Assembly (NCBI RefSeq): GCF_001194135.2 | Contig: NC_068994.1 | Span: forward strand, 46,120,514-46,156,777 | Reading direction: 5' to 3' | Length of the DNA stretch: 36,264 nt | DNA from: Octopus bimaculoides | Lineage: Eukaryota | In this document: positions 25,285-36,264 of the stretch, one piece after another | Position numbering within the stretch: the first letter of the stretch is position 1 | Layout: every line of letters begins with the position of its first letter | Made by a program: the position numbers and the translations under genes | The notes under the pieces: model-generated | What the model saw: the letters and a program-made list of their open reading frames with translations, nothing else | What the model was told of the DNA's origin: nothing | The model's database searches: none

Positions 25285-25500
25285 ATTTGTAATTTTGGCA
25301 CAAGGCCAGTAATCTTGAAGGCGGGGTGAGTTGACTACATTGACCTCAGAACTTGACTGACACTTTATTTTATCTTCACGCAAAGATGAATGGCAAAGTT
25401 GACTTAGTGGAATTAGATCTCAGACTGTAAAAAGGGCTGGGAAAATGCAGCTAAGTATGATGTCCGTCGCTCTAACCATTCTGCCAATTCACCACCCTAA
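25285..25500 (-). mobile_element. Family A SINE flanked by TAA-type repeats on both sides
   Basis: ttttggcacaaggccag...gatgaatggcaaagttgac...ctgccaattcaccaccc followed by (taa)n. Confidence 0.75.
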
Positions 25501-25973
25501 AATAATAATAATAATAATAATAACTATCTAAATTATAATTATCTAAATGACTTTTTCTAATCAAACACAGCAAAAGAGGGCAACCTAGGCTCGTATTTGC
25601 TTCTATATTTTTATAGTCGTCTTAAGATCTAGATTAATAGATAAAATATACGTCCTTGAAGAGGTCTAATAACATCGAAACACAATATTGTTCTAGTTCA
25701 GACTCACTCCTCAACAATCCACCATACATGATTATTTTTAACTAATTCAATATTTTGTGGTTGTCTCCACTGTTTCTTATATTTTGATCAGAATTACAAA
25801 TTTATAAAATGATCGTTTTTGTCACTAAGAGTATAATTTTAATTTACTTAAGAAATTATTACTTTGCTACGTCAAGTATGTTAATCAGAGATACCGGCTA
25901 ACGTTGATTAAGAGAAGATCTGTTAGTCTTTTGTTCTGTCTGTCACTACGTAGGTCTAATTTTCAGCCAAATT

Positions 25974-26160
25974 AAGTCGGTGAGCCGGCAGAATCGTGAG
26001 AACGCCGGACAAAAGCTCTTAGCAGCATTGCTTTCGGCTTGACGTTTTGAGTTCAAATTTCTCCGAAGTCCACTTTGCCTCACATCCTTTCGGGGTCAGT
26101 GTAATTAACTCGCCCCCTCCTCAAAAGTATCCGGCTTTGTAACTATAGTAGAAAGGATTA
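25974..26160 (+). mobile_element. Family A SINE (internally deleted)
   Basis: aagtcggtgagccggcagaatcgt...gagttcaaattt...catcctttcggggtc...tatagtagaaaggattat. Confidence 0.8.
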
Positions 26161-26339
26161 TCTGTCAAATTGCCAATTAATCTTTATCTATCTGACTTAT
26201 TTTAATATATCACTCTCTTTATTTGCTACGTTGGCTTCCGTAAATATGTGACATGTTTCAACTTGGCGCAATCTGCCAACCTTCAAGCAAGAGAGCTACA
26301 GCTACAAATGATGATGGTGGGAAGGACGATTGTTTTTGT

Positions 26340-26649
26340 TGGCTCTCCGTCGCTTACGACGTCGAGGGTTCCAGTCGATCCGATCAACAGAACAGCCTGC
26401 TCGTGAATTTAACGTGCAAGTGGCTGAGCACACCACAGACACGTGTACCCTTAACGTAGTTCTCGGGGATATTCAGCGTGACACAGTGTGACAAGGCTAA
26501 CCCTTTTAATTACAGGCACAACAGAAACAGGAAGTAAGAGTGAGAGAAAGTTGTGGTGGAAGAGTACAGCAGGGTTCGCCACCATCCCCTGCAGAAGCCT
26601 CGTGGAGCTTTAGGTGTTTTTCGCTCAATAAACACTCACAAAGCCCGGT
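26340..26649 (-). mobile_element. tRNA-derived SINE (family C), head lost in the assembly gap
   Basis: Shares aacgtgcaagtggctgagca..acagacacgtgtac.cttaacgtagtt with 29604-29700. Confidence 0.75.
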
Positions 26650-27420
26650 NNNNNNNNNNNNNNNNNNNNNNNNNNNNNNNNNNNNNNNNNNNNNNNNNNN
26701 NNNNNNNNNNNNNNNNNNNNNNNNNNNNNNNNNNNNNNNNNNNNNNNNNNNNNNNNNNNNNNNNNNNNNNNNNNNNNNNNNNNNNNNNNNNNNNNNNNNN
26801 NNNNNNNNNNNNNNNNNNNNNNNNNNNNNNNNNNNNNNNNNNNNNNNNNNNNNNNNNNNNNNNNNNNNNNNNNNNNNNNNNNNNNNNNNNNNNNNNNNNN
26901 NNNNNNNNNNNNNNNNNNNNNNNNNNNNNNNNNNNNNNNNNNNNNNNNNNNNNNNNNNNNNNNNNNNNNNNNNNNNNNNNNNNNNNNNNNNNNNNNNNNN
27001 NNNNNNNNNNNNNNNNNNNNNNNNNNNNNNNNNNNNNNNNNNNNNNNNNNNNNNNNNNNNNNNNNNNNNNNNNNNNNNNNNNNNNNNNNNNNNNNNNNNN
27101 NNNNNNNNNNNNNNNNNNNNNNNNNNNNNNNNNNNNNNNNNNNNNNNNNNNNNNNNNNNNNNNNNNNNNNNNNNNNNNNNNNNNNNNNNNNNNNNNNNNN
27201 NNTCATTGTTGCTCTCCAATCTCCCTCTTTCAATTTCACTCCTTCCTTCTCTCTCCCTCCCTCCCTCCCTCTCTCTTTCTCTGTTTTTCTTTCACACTCT
27301 CTTTTCTTGCCCAATTTTCTCTCTCTCTCTCTCTCCCTCTCTCTCTCTCTCAATCTATCTCCCACACACTCTCTCTCTCCCACTCCCTCTCTTTCTTCCT
27401 TGTTTTTCTCCCTCTCTTAC

Positions 27421-27506
27421 CCGGTTTCATGGCATTCCTTTTGGTACAATAACTGAAGACACTTGGAGTTGAACACTCTTTTCTTGCTTCCGGCAGGGTC
27501 TTCGTT
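27421..27506 (-). CDS. BTBD16: BTBD16-like coding exon 3 (86 nt): (K)TKTLPEARKECSTPSVFSYCTKRNAMKP(D)
   Basis: Branch-like gtctaatc, then ...ctactcttcag|AAC. Donor CGG|gtaaga. Phase 2 in and phase 1 out, so the junction creates KP-D-ISL at the start of the BTB fold. Confidence 0.8.
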
Positions 27507-27926
27507 CTGAAGAGTAGATCAACATCAGGAGAAATAACGATTAGACATGACTACTAAGGAAGAGTGTTTACGCATATAAGACTGTAATATATACAAACTC
27601 TCATACAAGCAGCATGGACCAAAAACCCCTTAAGAAAATACGAATTGCAATATTTTCACCAATGTCATGATTAGCGAAACGCTAACAAACAATCACACAC
27701 ACATACACACACAACTTTAGGGGGTCTGATGAGAATGTTTGAGAGGGATAACTATTACATTAATTAATTTATTAATTAATTAATTAGACATTCAAGTCAA
27801 TTCTCTAACGATAAAACAGTTCCTCCAACCATCCGAAACGATCGCAACCTTGAATAAATTCATGAAACAATATCGTCCTCATTTTGAGATCTGATTTACA
27901 TACACACATACATATATGTATGTATG

Positions 27927-28015
<89 letters not shown>

Positions 28016-29444
28016 ATGTATGTATGTATGTATGTACGTATGTATGTATGTGTGTATNNNNNNNNNNNNNNNNNNNNNNNNNNNNNNNNNNNNNNNNNNN
28101 NNNNNNNNNNNNNNNNNNNNNNNNNNNNNNNNNNNNNNNNNNNNNNNNNNNNNNNNNNNNNNNNNNNNNNNNNNNNNNNNNNNNNNNNNNNNNNNNNNNN
28201 NNNNNNNNNNNNNNNNNNNNNNNNNNNNNNNNNNNNNNNNNNNNNNNNNNNNNNNNNNNNNNNNNNNNNNNNNNNNNNNNNNNNNNNNNNNNNNNNNNNN
28301 NNNNNNNNNNNNNNNNNNNNNNNNNNNNNNNNNNNNNNNNNNNNNNNNNNNNNNNNNNNNNNNNNNNNNNNNNNNNNNNNNNNNNNNNNNNNNNNNNNNN
28401 NNNNNNNNNNNNNNNNNNNNNNNNNNNNNNNNNNNNNNNNNNNNNNNNNNNNNNNNNNNNNNNNNNNNNNNNNNNNNNNNNNNNNNNNNNNNNNNNNNNN
28501 NNNNNNNNNNNNNNNNNNNNNNNNNNNNNNNNNNNNNNNNNNNNNNNNNNNNNNNNNNNNNNNNNNNNNNNNNNNNNNNNNNNNNNNNNNNNNNNNNNNN
28601 NNNNNNNNNNNNNNNNNNNNNNNNNNNNNNNNNNNNNNNNNNNNNNNNNNNNNNNNNNNNNNNNNNNNNNNNNNNNNNNNNNNNNNNNNNNNNNNNNNNN
28701 NNNNNNNNNNNNNNNNNNNNNNNNNNNNNNNNNNNNNNATATATATAATATATATAACGTTTTATATTTTGTAATGTTATGTATTCACTGTCATTAAAAT
28801 GGCAATATTTTGCTAATGTACACGAAGCGAAATACATTAAATAATGAACAGAGAACAGAGAACAGAGAAAAGAAAACCACTTCCAAATTAAGATATAATG
28901 CAAAATTTAATAGATTTTGATGTATTTTATACAATTTTTCATCGTTTTGTTTTTTGTTTTGTTGCCTATTTTAAATTTGTTTAAAATCTATATATATAAT
29001 GGAACTGTAACAATGAAGTTTTTTTTTTAAAAAAACAAGGTTTTTAACATGAGCCAATTTTGCTATCCAGGCAATTTCGTAAATGCTCAACCAGCAGAAA
29101 ACGGCAGCCAAAGTTATCATAAATGACACCCTTTCTGAATCCTTATAGGGAACAATGAAGCTCGATACACAAACGATCCAATAAAATCGTCATGGATGGA
29201 ATTTATTTAATCATGTCCATTTATACAGACTAGATTTTATATATAAACTAGCAGCTAATCCCGGTTCTATGGATCCATTATCTTAAAATCTTAATGTTAT
29301 GGTAGTAAATGGATGTCATTTTCGGATTCTGAACAACTAGTTCGGGTCCAAATTTTTTGACAACAGAGAAAAAAACTTTTTCGTTGGCCTGTGTTGCTGG
29401 AGGGACATTTTATTATTGAACATTTAATTAAACATGAGACTTAC

Positions 29445-29553
29445 TTCTTATAGCTTGGTGAATACAATGAAGCAGTAGTCGGTCTATCCTGAATTTGTCG
29501 GAACTTGTAGGGTTGATTGAGGTCAAGATTTACAGCGATCTGGGGACTTTCAG
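29445..29553 (-). CDS. BTBD16: BTBD16-like coding exon 2 (109 nt): (A)ESPQIAVNLDLNQPYKFRQIQDRPTTASLYSPSYK(K)
   Basis: Acceptor catttgtcacatttccag|CT. Donor GAA|gtaagt. Open frame, starting in phase 1 and ending in phase 2, which matches both neighbouring exons. Confidence 0.8.
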
Positions 29554-29603
29554 CTGGAAATGTGACAAATGCCATGATTAAGCTTAAAAGTAAATATTTA
29601 AGG

Positions 29604-29884
29604 GTGAAATTAACGTGCAAGTGGCTGAGCATTCGACAGACACGTGTACTCTTAACGTAGTTCACAGAGAGATTCAGCGTGACACAAAATAGGACAAGGC
29701 TGACTTTTTAAAATATAGGTACTACTTTTAAAATATAGGTACTACTCATTTTTGCCAGTTGGCTGGAGCAACGTGAAATAAAATGTCTTACTGAAGCACA
29801 CACCGCGCCGCTGGAAATTCAACTCACGACCTTATGATTGTGAGCCGAATATTCTAATCACGCAGCTACGCGACCACGCGCCTT
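29604..29884 (-). mobile_element. tRNA-derived SINE (family C variant) just upstream of exon 2
   Basis: tRNA-like head at about 29800-29884 and a 3' block shared with 26405-26500. It contains a local tandem duplication of tttaaaatataggtactac. Confidence 0.75.
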
Positions 29885-30124
29885 CACACATAGAAACGTA
29901 TATGACCACATAAAATACCCATTACCTTTTGTCCGTGTTACCATACATATAGATACATTCATACATGCAAGAGTATCTATCTCTATACACAAACCCAAAG
30001 ATATAGAGGGCCCGCCCAAACCAAGTATACACACATGAAAGAGAAACGTGCAGAAATATTTAATACTAAATTTATTCAGATATCGAAACTTTTCCGCCCT
30101 TTTTTTCTTTTTCTTTTTTTTTTT

Positions 30125-30712
30125 TTGCACGTAGACAAACCAAGTAATTCAACAGGGGTCAATGTTTGGTGTGGAATGTCATCAAAAGGTTTAATAAAGC
30201 CAATTTTCCTTGAAGGTACTGTCACTGGTCAAGTGTACCTAGACATACTACGCACTTCCATTTTACCTGCCATGTATGCATTTTATTGAAATGAGGAATT
30301 TTTCTTTCAACAAAACGACCCTCCACCATGCTACTGCCGAGACGTGTGAACTTACCTGGTTGAGAATTTGCAAGGACACAGGATAGGACGAGAGGTTGCA
30401 GTTGAGTTCCCTACACATTATCCTGATGTAACCCCGGCAGACATTTACATATGCGGAACCCTAAATGAATAGTGAATCGCTGAAAACAATCCACACTGAT
30501 GGCTCTTCGGTAAGAAATCTTAACGGCACGTGCAGCAATCCCACTAAAAAGTGTCTGAGAGATAATGGCCATTACTTTGAGCACCTCTTGTAATTGTAGA
30601 GGTTAAAGGTAATCTATATTAATCCCGTGATGATTGAATGAATTCAATACCGAAATATTTCGACACGTTTTTCTTTTCTTGAAGTGTGTATAGATTTTCT
30701 TGGCGGACACTA
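30125..30712 (+). mobile_element. Tc1/mariner-superfamily transposase relic (DDD-type catalytic region) with probable right end
   Basis: VNVWCGMSSKGLIKPIFLEGTVTGQVYLDILR...FFFQQNDPPP...VEFPTHYPDVTPAD is an eroded version of VW..GLIGP.F / FQQDGAPPH / WP.RSPDLTPLD. Terminus ggcggacactatata. Confidence 0.8.
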
Positions 30713-30764
30713 TATATACACACACGCAGATACACAAACATATATATATATATACGCATTAGTA

Positions 30765-30870
30765 ATTAAGGCACAAGACCAGCTGCATTGAGGGGAGTGA
30801 TTATTCCATACCATCGACCCCAACATACAACTGGTGCTTTATTTTATCTGCCACGGAGGGGTCACGGAAG
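30765..30870 (-). mobile_element. Family A SINE remnant
   Basis: ggcacaagaccagc...catcgaccccaa..caactggtgctttattttatc. Confidence 0.55.
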
Positions 30871-31064
30871 AAACGTTGCAATCCTCCAGTCACATACATA
30901 CGTTAATAATACACTCTCATACGCACAGACGTATGCATGCGTGCATGCATACACAGACGCACGCGCGCATACACACGCACGCTCGCACACACGCACACAC
31001 GTACGCACGCACGCTCACATGCACACACAAGCTTGCATATATACATGTGTATGTGTGGTTCTAC

Positions 31065-31215
31065 CTGTAATGATTTTGATCAAGGTTTCGTTGAGTGGCG
31101 TGGAAATAGCTCGAAGGGCCTGAGAAGTGCCAAGCAAATCACTTCCCAATGGTTCTGGCAGTCGCCATCGGTTCGTTAATCCCACCTGTTTTCTCATTCG
31201 CAGTTTGTTATTCAT
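31065..31215 (-). CDS. BTBD16: BTBD16-like BTB/POZ gene, first coding exon (exon 31065-31221, ATG at 31215): MNNKLRMRKQVGLTNRWRLPEPLGSDLLGTSQALRAISTPLNETLIKIIT
   Basis: Acceptor ttttttttttcttgcag|AAC. Good Kozak context AACACCATGA. Donor ACAG|gtagaa (phase 1). The motif G-x-TNRWRLP...xDLL...SQ resembles the vertebrate BTBD16 N-terminus as I recall it (GSTNRWRLP...GDLLSLSQ), not BLAST-verified. Confidence 0.85.
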
Positions 31216-31278
31216 GGTGTTCTGCAAGAAAAAAAAACATATATCACATTTAATATAAGTGCAGACATATATGTGTGT

Positions 31279-31279
<1 letters not shown>

Positions 31280-31324
<45 letters not shown>

Positions 31325-31510
31325 CGGCAGTAGCAGCAGCAGCAGAAGAAGAAGAAGAAGAAGAAGAAGAAGAAGAAGAAGAAGAAGAAGAAGAAGAAGA
31401 AGAAGAAGAAGAAGAAGAAGAAGAAGAAGAAGAAGAAGAAGAAGAAGAAGAAGAAGAAGAAGAAGAAGAAGAAGAAGAAGAAGAATGAATGAATGAATGA
31501 CTGAATGAAT
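31280..31510. repeat. Compound microsatellite (TAG)n-(CAG)n-(GAA)47-(GAAT)n
   Basis: Pure GAA run at 31345-31485 (141 nt). Source of the poly-E, poly-R and poly-S ORFs. Confidence 0.97.
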
Positions 31511-31561
31511 GAATGATATGAGAAATAAACAGAGCTTCTAATAATGCAAGAAGTTTAAAAA

Positions 31562-31597
31562 CTTTATATTTCGGGCACAAAGACCCATCTTCAGAAG
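31562..31597 (-). ncRNA. Minimal type I hammerhead ribozyme motif (Penelope-type)
   Basis: Minus strand reads CTT-CTGAAGA-T-GGG(TCTTTGTG)CCC-GAAA-TA-TA-AAG. It has the CUGANGA and GAAA cores, stem II GGG/CCC, stem I CTT/AAG (3 bp), a 1-bp stem III with a palindromic loop, and a UA cleavage site. Confidence 0.5.
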
Positions 31598-31817
31598 AAT
31601 ACGGTTAAAGAAATGTGTATTTACATAGATACTGCTTTATGGATAATCTAGTGCTCTGTGGTAGTAGCAGCAGCAGCAACTCTCCAAATATTGATGTAGT
31701 TGGTACCATAGTGGTCACGTTGGGGACGGTAGTGGAGATTGGCTGTAAGTTGGCTGGAGCGGTGGTGGTGAAGACGGCTGTCTGTTATAGTGAGTGTCAT
31801 AGTGGTAGTGGTCGTAG

Positions 31818-31851
<34 letters not shown>

Positions 31852-31915
31852 CGAGGTCTGATCAATAAGTATCTGGACTGTTGGCATAGTAACGAAGCTA
31901 CCTGCTCCGAAGCAG
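31852..31915. mobile_element. Mariner-type terminal inverted repeat fragment at the edge of a (TA)n tract
   Basis: TA|CGAGGTCTGATCAATAAGTATCTGGACTG is a typical mariner terminus. The partner end is not seen. Confidence 0.5.
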
Positions 31916-33275
31916 TAGAAGTTATTTGCCGAAAATACCGCGCAATGGGACTGAATCCGAAAGTACGTGGTTAGAAAGCGACCTTCAGAATCACAGAGAT
32001 TTATTAGTGCTTGCTATAGAAAAATCCACATTTTGAAACAATTTTCAATGGTCTTAGCTGAGACTTGTTTTCCATCACATTGCTAGCATATGCAATGCAT
32101 TAAGAGAGGAAATCCGTTTTGCAATTTCATTTACATTAGATTGGCTTTGAATATTATCAACTTTGGATAAAATTCCTATACAGTTTTCTCTCGTCCATAA
32201 TAAGCACTTTAATAACGGTTTGTACGATGCCTTAGTCACACGGTTGAAATTACGATATAATATCTAACGGCAAGAAAATTACTTTGACGTTCTCTAACGA
32301 GAATTTATTTCTGCATGCTATGCAACTGTCAACTAAATTAGCAAGACATTATTTTCTCACTTAAAAGCTAAATACCACTTAAGAATCCACTGGTGGTTTT
32401 ATTATGAATAACTCTGTTAATCCATGCATTTGCATTAGAACAGCAAAGATCCTTACACCTTTAAAACACATTGTGGGTTTAAAATTTACCCCCATTATTA
32501 ACTCGCGTTTTTATCCTTTCATATTAGCGCAATAGAGTATTTTCTTCTCTGTTCATTTGAATATTTAAATCCTTTAGTGTTAAACCCCCCCACCCCACTT
32601 TTTTTTTTTTTCTAAGAAATGAAAATGATTCAGCATTGCATGAAAACAAAGTTGTGCTTCCTTTGCGCTGAAAGCAATTCCAGAAGGATGTTTAGCATCA
32701 ATGTTTTGGTCATTATCTCAATCCATATTTCAGCTAATAAGAAGAAAACAACCTGCTCATTTACGTCATCATGAACACGTTTCTATATGATATTTTAATG
32801 ACTGAAAACATGTCATNNNNNNNNNNNNNNNNNNNNNNNNNNNNNNNNNNNNNNNNNNNNNNNNNNNNNNNNNNNNNNNNNNNNNNNNNNNNNNNNNNNN
32901 NNNNNNNNNNNNNNNNNNNNNNNNNNNNNNNNNNNNNNNNNNNNNNNNNNNNNNNNNNNNNNNNNNNNNNNNNNNNNNNNNNNNNNNNNNNNNNNNNNNN
33001 NNNNNNNNNNNNNNNNNNNNNNNNNNNNNNNNNNNNNNNNNNNNNNNNNNNNNNNNNNNNNNNNNNNNNNNNNNNNNNNNNNNNNNNNNNNNNNNNNNNN
33101 NNNNNNNNNNNNNNNNNNNNNNNNNNNNNNNNNNNNNNNNNNNNNNNNNNNNNNNNNNNNNNNNNNNNNNNNNNNNNNNNNNNNNNNNNNNNNNNNNNNN
33201 NNNNNNNNNNNNNNNNNNNNNNNNATATATATATATATATATATATATAGGCGAGGGTCAGGACGGGCAAAATGC

Positions 33276-33307
<32 letters not shown>

Positions 33308-33639
33308 TGTACGAACGCAGCCCTACAGATGTGACGACTCTATTTCGGCGGGTCTAGTGGGAATAACTATTGTCCTCATAGTAACGATTACTAACAAATA
33401 TATCCTCTCTAGCCACCACACGTATCGTATACCTACTTTATCTATGTTCCCCTTGGTCCCATACCGATAATACTCCATGTGTGTGTGTCTATGCAAGTGT
33501 TGTATTTACAACATGGCGGTTTCATTTATTTTTATCACTGGCTTCCATATTTTGCAATGAGTTTGTAGTTTGTTTGCAACAGTAAACTTACCACATGCAA
33601 GCTGAATATTTCAAGACTTTCGGAGTTTAATCTTCTGCA

Positions 33640-34010
33640 TGGAGTGATGCTGGCGTGTGTTGCTACCTCTTTATGTTAAGTAGGGACACTATGGTGATAG
33701 TTTCTTCGTGTTGAAAGAACATGGAGAAGAGCAGCACGCCTACAAATGGCGATGTAAATTGACCGTTGACGCTGCAGATCTTCCTGCCTATGCTTTGTAG
33801 TTTTAAAGTGAGCGTCAGTCTCCGCAGTCGGGTCCCACGGTGGTTCAGCGGTTTAAGATGCTTGCAGTGGCCAGCAAACAGTAGGTATTATATTGGAGTG
33901 GCTTTCTCCTTGATGAATTGCCTTATGGGGTTGGAGACTTCTACCAACCCGGGAGTTGCCTGAAATGTGTCAATGAAGACAACGCACCACCTGAGCACCT
34001 CCACTCCTTA
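33640..34010 (-). mobile_element. Heavily decayed LINE reverse-transcriptase relic (RTE-like)
   Basis: Minus frame PIRQFIKEKA...KICSVNGQFTSPFVGVLLFSMFF loosely resembles RQLQEK... and VNG..S.PF....GV.QG....P.LFS.FF. Confidence 0.35.
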
Positions 34011-34471
34011 ATTTTTTGTGGTTGACTCCCCTAGACATTTTTATTTCCCAAGACCCTCACAAGGCAATGAGGGAGGCCAGCGCGACTGGCACTGATATAT
34101 CGCTACTTGAATAGATCTACCGTTAAATATGCACATCTTGTCAGTTAGGTGAATAATTTAGTTTGTGTCTAATATATGTCATCTCTATGTTTATTTCACC
34201 GTTCTATCGCGGTATTAATATCGCGTTCTTCATTAAACGTCTGTAAAGTATAAGTTTGGGAAGTTTACCTTTTTCTAAACAGGCTGCAAGGAACTTGTAT
34301 ATGAAAACTGAAAAAAAGTATAATAAAAAAAATTGGAAACTAGAAAGCATTCGCATTAGTTCCAAAGGTTACGGCTACATATGAATTTCATATTTTCGCA
34401 TAAATTATGTATGGAACCTTTCCTTTGATACGTATGAGTAACTGTCACCTTCAAGATATAAAGACACACAC

Positions 34472-34534
<63 letters not shown>

Positions 34535-35024
34535 TTGGGACATGCAAGACAAACTGCGTTCGTCGGTGGTAGCCATTGTCTCTTTCAATCAGTTAGTCAA
34601 CACAGAAAAATAATTGCTTGGGGCACTGTACAAGTGTTTCAACGCTAATCGTATTTGCACGCTATGAGATCTCAGTGAGAATGATTATGATGATGATGAT
34701 GATGATGACGACGACGATGATGATGTTAAAAATTGGAAATAATCTTAAAAGTACAGTCACAGGTGAAATAGTTATGAAGACAGTTTAAACGATAGCGCTG
34801 TCTAATAATATTGATTTCTAAAAAGGACGCAAATCCACAATTGCCGAAACGTTGGGTATAATCAGTTCAGTAAATTCTAGTTCTCGTTTGGAACACAAAT
34901 GTGTATGTGTGAGCATGTGTATGAATATGTGTGCGTGTGTGTGTGTGCGCGCGCGCCCGTGCATGCATGCGTGCTTGTGTATGTGTGTGTGTGTGTGTGT
35001 GTGTATGTGTGTCTGTGTGTCTGT

Positions 35025-35160
35025 GTAGGCGCAGCTGTGGATGTCTGGTTACGAAACTCGCTTTGTACCTATGTGGTTTTGGTATCAGTCCCGCTGCGTG
35101 ATATCTGTCAAGTGACTTCTCTAGCCCAGGGCAGACCAATGCCTTGCGAGAGAACATGTT
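35025..35160 (+). mobile_element. Diverged family B SINE 5' part
   Basis: cagtcccgctgcgtg...gtcaagtgacttct...gaccaatgccttgcgag. Confidence 0.5.
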
Positions 35161-35283
35161 GNNNNNNNNNNATATATGGCTCGACGATTTCGCAGTTATT
35201 ACAGCAATATGTAAGTTCTGCTCTTCAGTATAGTATGGTCATTTTCTTTTGTTTATTTTGGGGTTTATTTTTACATGTCTTGA

Positions 35284-35323
<40 letters not shown>

Positions 35324-35536
35324 ATACATACATACATACATACATAACATACACGAAGCGACAAGTCGCGTATTTAGCGTGGGATACTATTTCTAGAAAA
35401 TACGATGAATACTATCTCCAACTTTGGAGCCACAACTATCAGCCTTGTTAAATAACTGGTTAACCTTCAGATGAATTGACTGAGGGACCCTTTTATTCAC
35501 GGTCATAGTGATTTTCGACTGAAACTTGAATTTAGC

Positions 35537-35626
35537 ATGCAGAGAGTTACTACAAACAACATGGCTGGACACAACATCAACAACAACACAATCGAGGAAC
35601 AGAACGAAAACAACAGCTCAACACAG
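35537..35626 (+). CDS. Possible exon of a plus-strand gene: (MQRVTTNN)MAGHNINNNTIEEQNENNSSTQ
   Basis: ATG at 35561 in context AACATGG, with an in-frame ATG at 35537. Donor CAG|gtaaaa at 35627. Short, low-complexity and without a recognisable homologue. Confidence 0.22.
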
Positions 35627-35675
35627 GTAAAAGAATTTCTAGCTGTAGTTATATTATAAAAACTACAAAACTCAC

Positions 35676-35792
35676 TTCTCTTGGAGTTATGAATTGAATA
35701 ACCCCACTGTTGGCTATATGAATCGATTGAAATCATATAGGGACGATATGCTTCCAGAGTTTAAAAGTCCTCGTGGAAAAATCCACGGGTGC
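35676..35792 (-). other. Possible upstream (5' UTR) exon of the BTBD16-like gene
   Basis: Donor GAA|gtgagt at 35675 and acceptor ccttttccttgttgatcag at 35793. The first coding exon starts at a 3' splice site, so an upstream exon is required. No homology support. Confidence 0.3.
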
Positions 35793-35909
35793 CTGATCAA
35801 CAAGGAAAAGGGCCCTTCCCCTTCAATTTTTCACAGGTGTATGCTCAGAATTGATCCTTTCACTCTGGCCATTCTTCCAACATTTACCTACTTTTCAATA
35901 ATAATAACA

Positions 35910-36130
35910 ATAATAATCCTTTCTGTAATAGGCACAAAGCCTGAAATTTGGGGGAGGGGGATAGTCGATTGCATCGACCCCAGTACTTAACTGGTACTTA
36001 ATTTATTGACTCCAAAAGGATGAAAGGCAAAGTCGACCTCGGCAGAATTTGAACTCAGAACGTAAAGACGGGCGAAATACCGCTAAGCAATTCGTCCAGC
36101 GTGTTAACGATTCGGCCACATCGTCGATTT
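35910..36130 (-). mobile_element. Well-preserved family A SINE between (TAA)n tracts
   Basis: Complete from the head (B-box ctgagttcaaattc on the minus strand) through gtcgactttgcctttcatcc to cctttct and the tail. Confidence 0.9.
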
Positions 36131-36139
36131 TATAATAAC

Positions 36140-36168
<29 letters not shown>

Positions 36169-36170
<2 letters not shown>

Positions 36171-36264
36171 GTTTCAAATTTTGCCACAAGAGCAGCTTTT
36201 ATTGGGAGAGGGGATTTGATCGATTACATCGACTTACTCCAGTGTTCCACTGGTTCCTATTTCA
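36169..36264 (-). mobile_element. Family A SINE 3' end (alternative 3' subtype), cut by the window edge
   Basis: (aat)n then ggtttcaaattttgccacaag...gatcgattacatcgac...cagtgttccactgg. Confidence 0.7.

Noticed and set aside
30350-30460. Strong minus-strand donor CAG|GTAAGT inside the Tc1 relic (possible exonisation)
   Set aside because: It is antisense transposase sequence, exons 1 and 2 already join in frame without it, and there is no evidence of use.
34814-34857. CTAAAAAG...CC-GAAA-CG-TT hammerhead-like trace on the plus strand
   Set aside because: Two core G residues are lost and stem I is wobble-only, so it is not distinguishable from chance.

Overview
This is AT-rich, microsatellite-dense eukaryotic scaffold DNA with 10 N-gaps. 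The SINE families and repeat density point to an octopus-like cephalopod (inference). Almost all ORFs in the supplied track are artefacts of microsatellites or N runs. The real coding signal is a minus-strand, intron-rich gene. Five exons (31065-31221, 29445-29553, 27421-27506, 17031-17348, 15554-15671) have canonical AG/GT sites and compatible phases. They splice into about 260 codons of a BTB/POZ protein of the BTBD16/germ cell-less family, and its 3' exons were not found in readable sequence. The introns carry many tRNA-derived SINEs, decayed non-LTR elements (RLE-type, RTE, Penelope-like), Tc1/mariner relics and a hAT MITE. Points of interest are a core-intact minimal hammerhead ribozyme motif, a fold-back pair of SINE halves, SINE chains built in (TAA)n tracts, a long insertion in the BTB fold and a cryptic donor that would give a premature stop. 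I found no convincing wholly new biological system. Family assignments come from recalled motifs, not database searches. Repeat boundaries are approximate.
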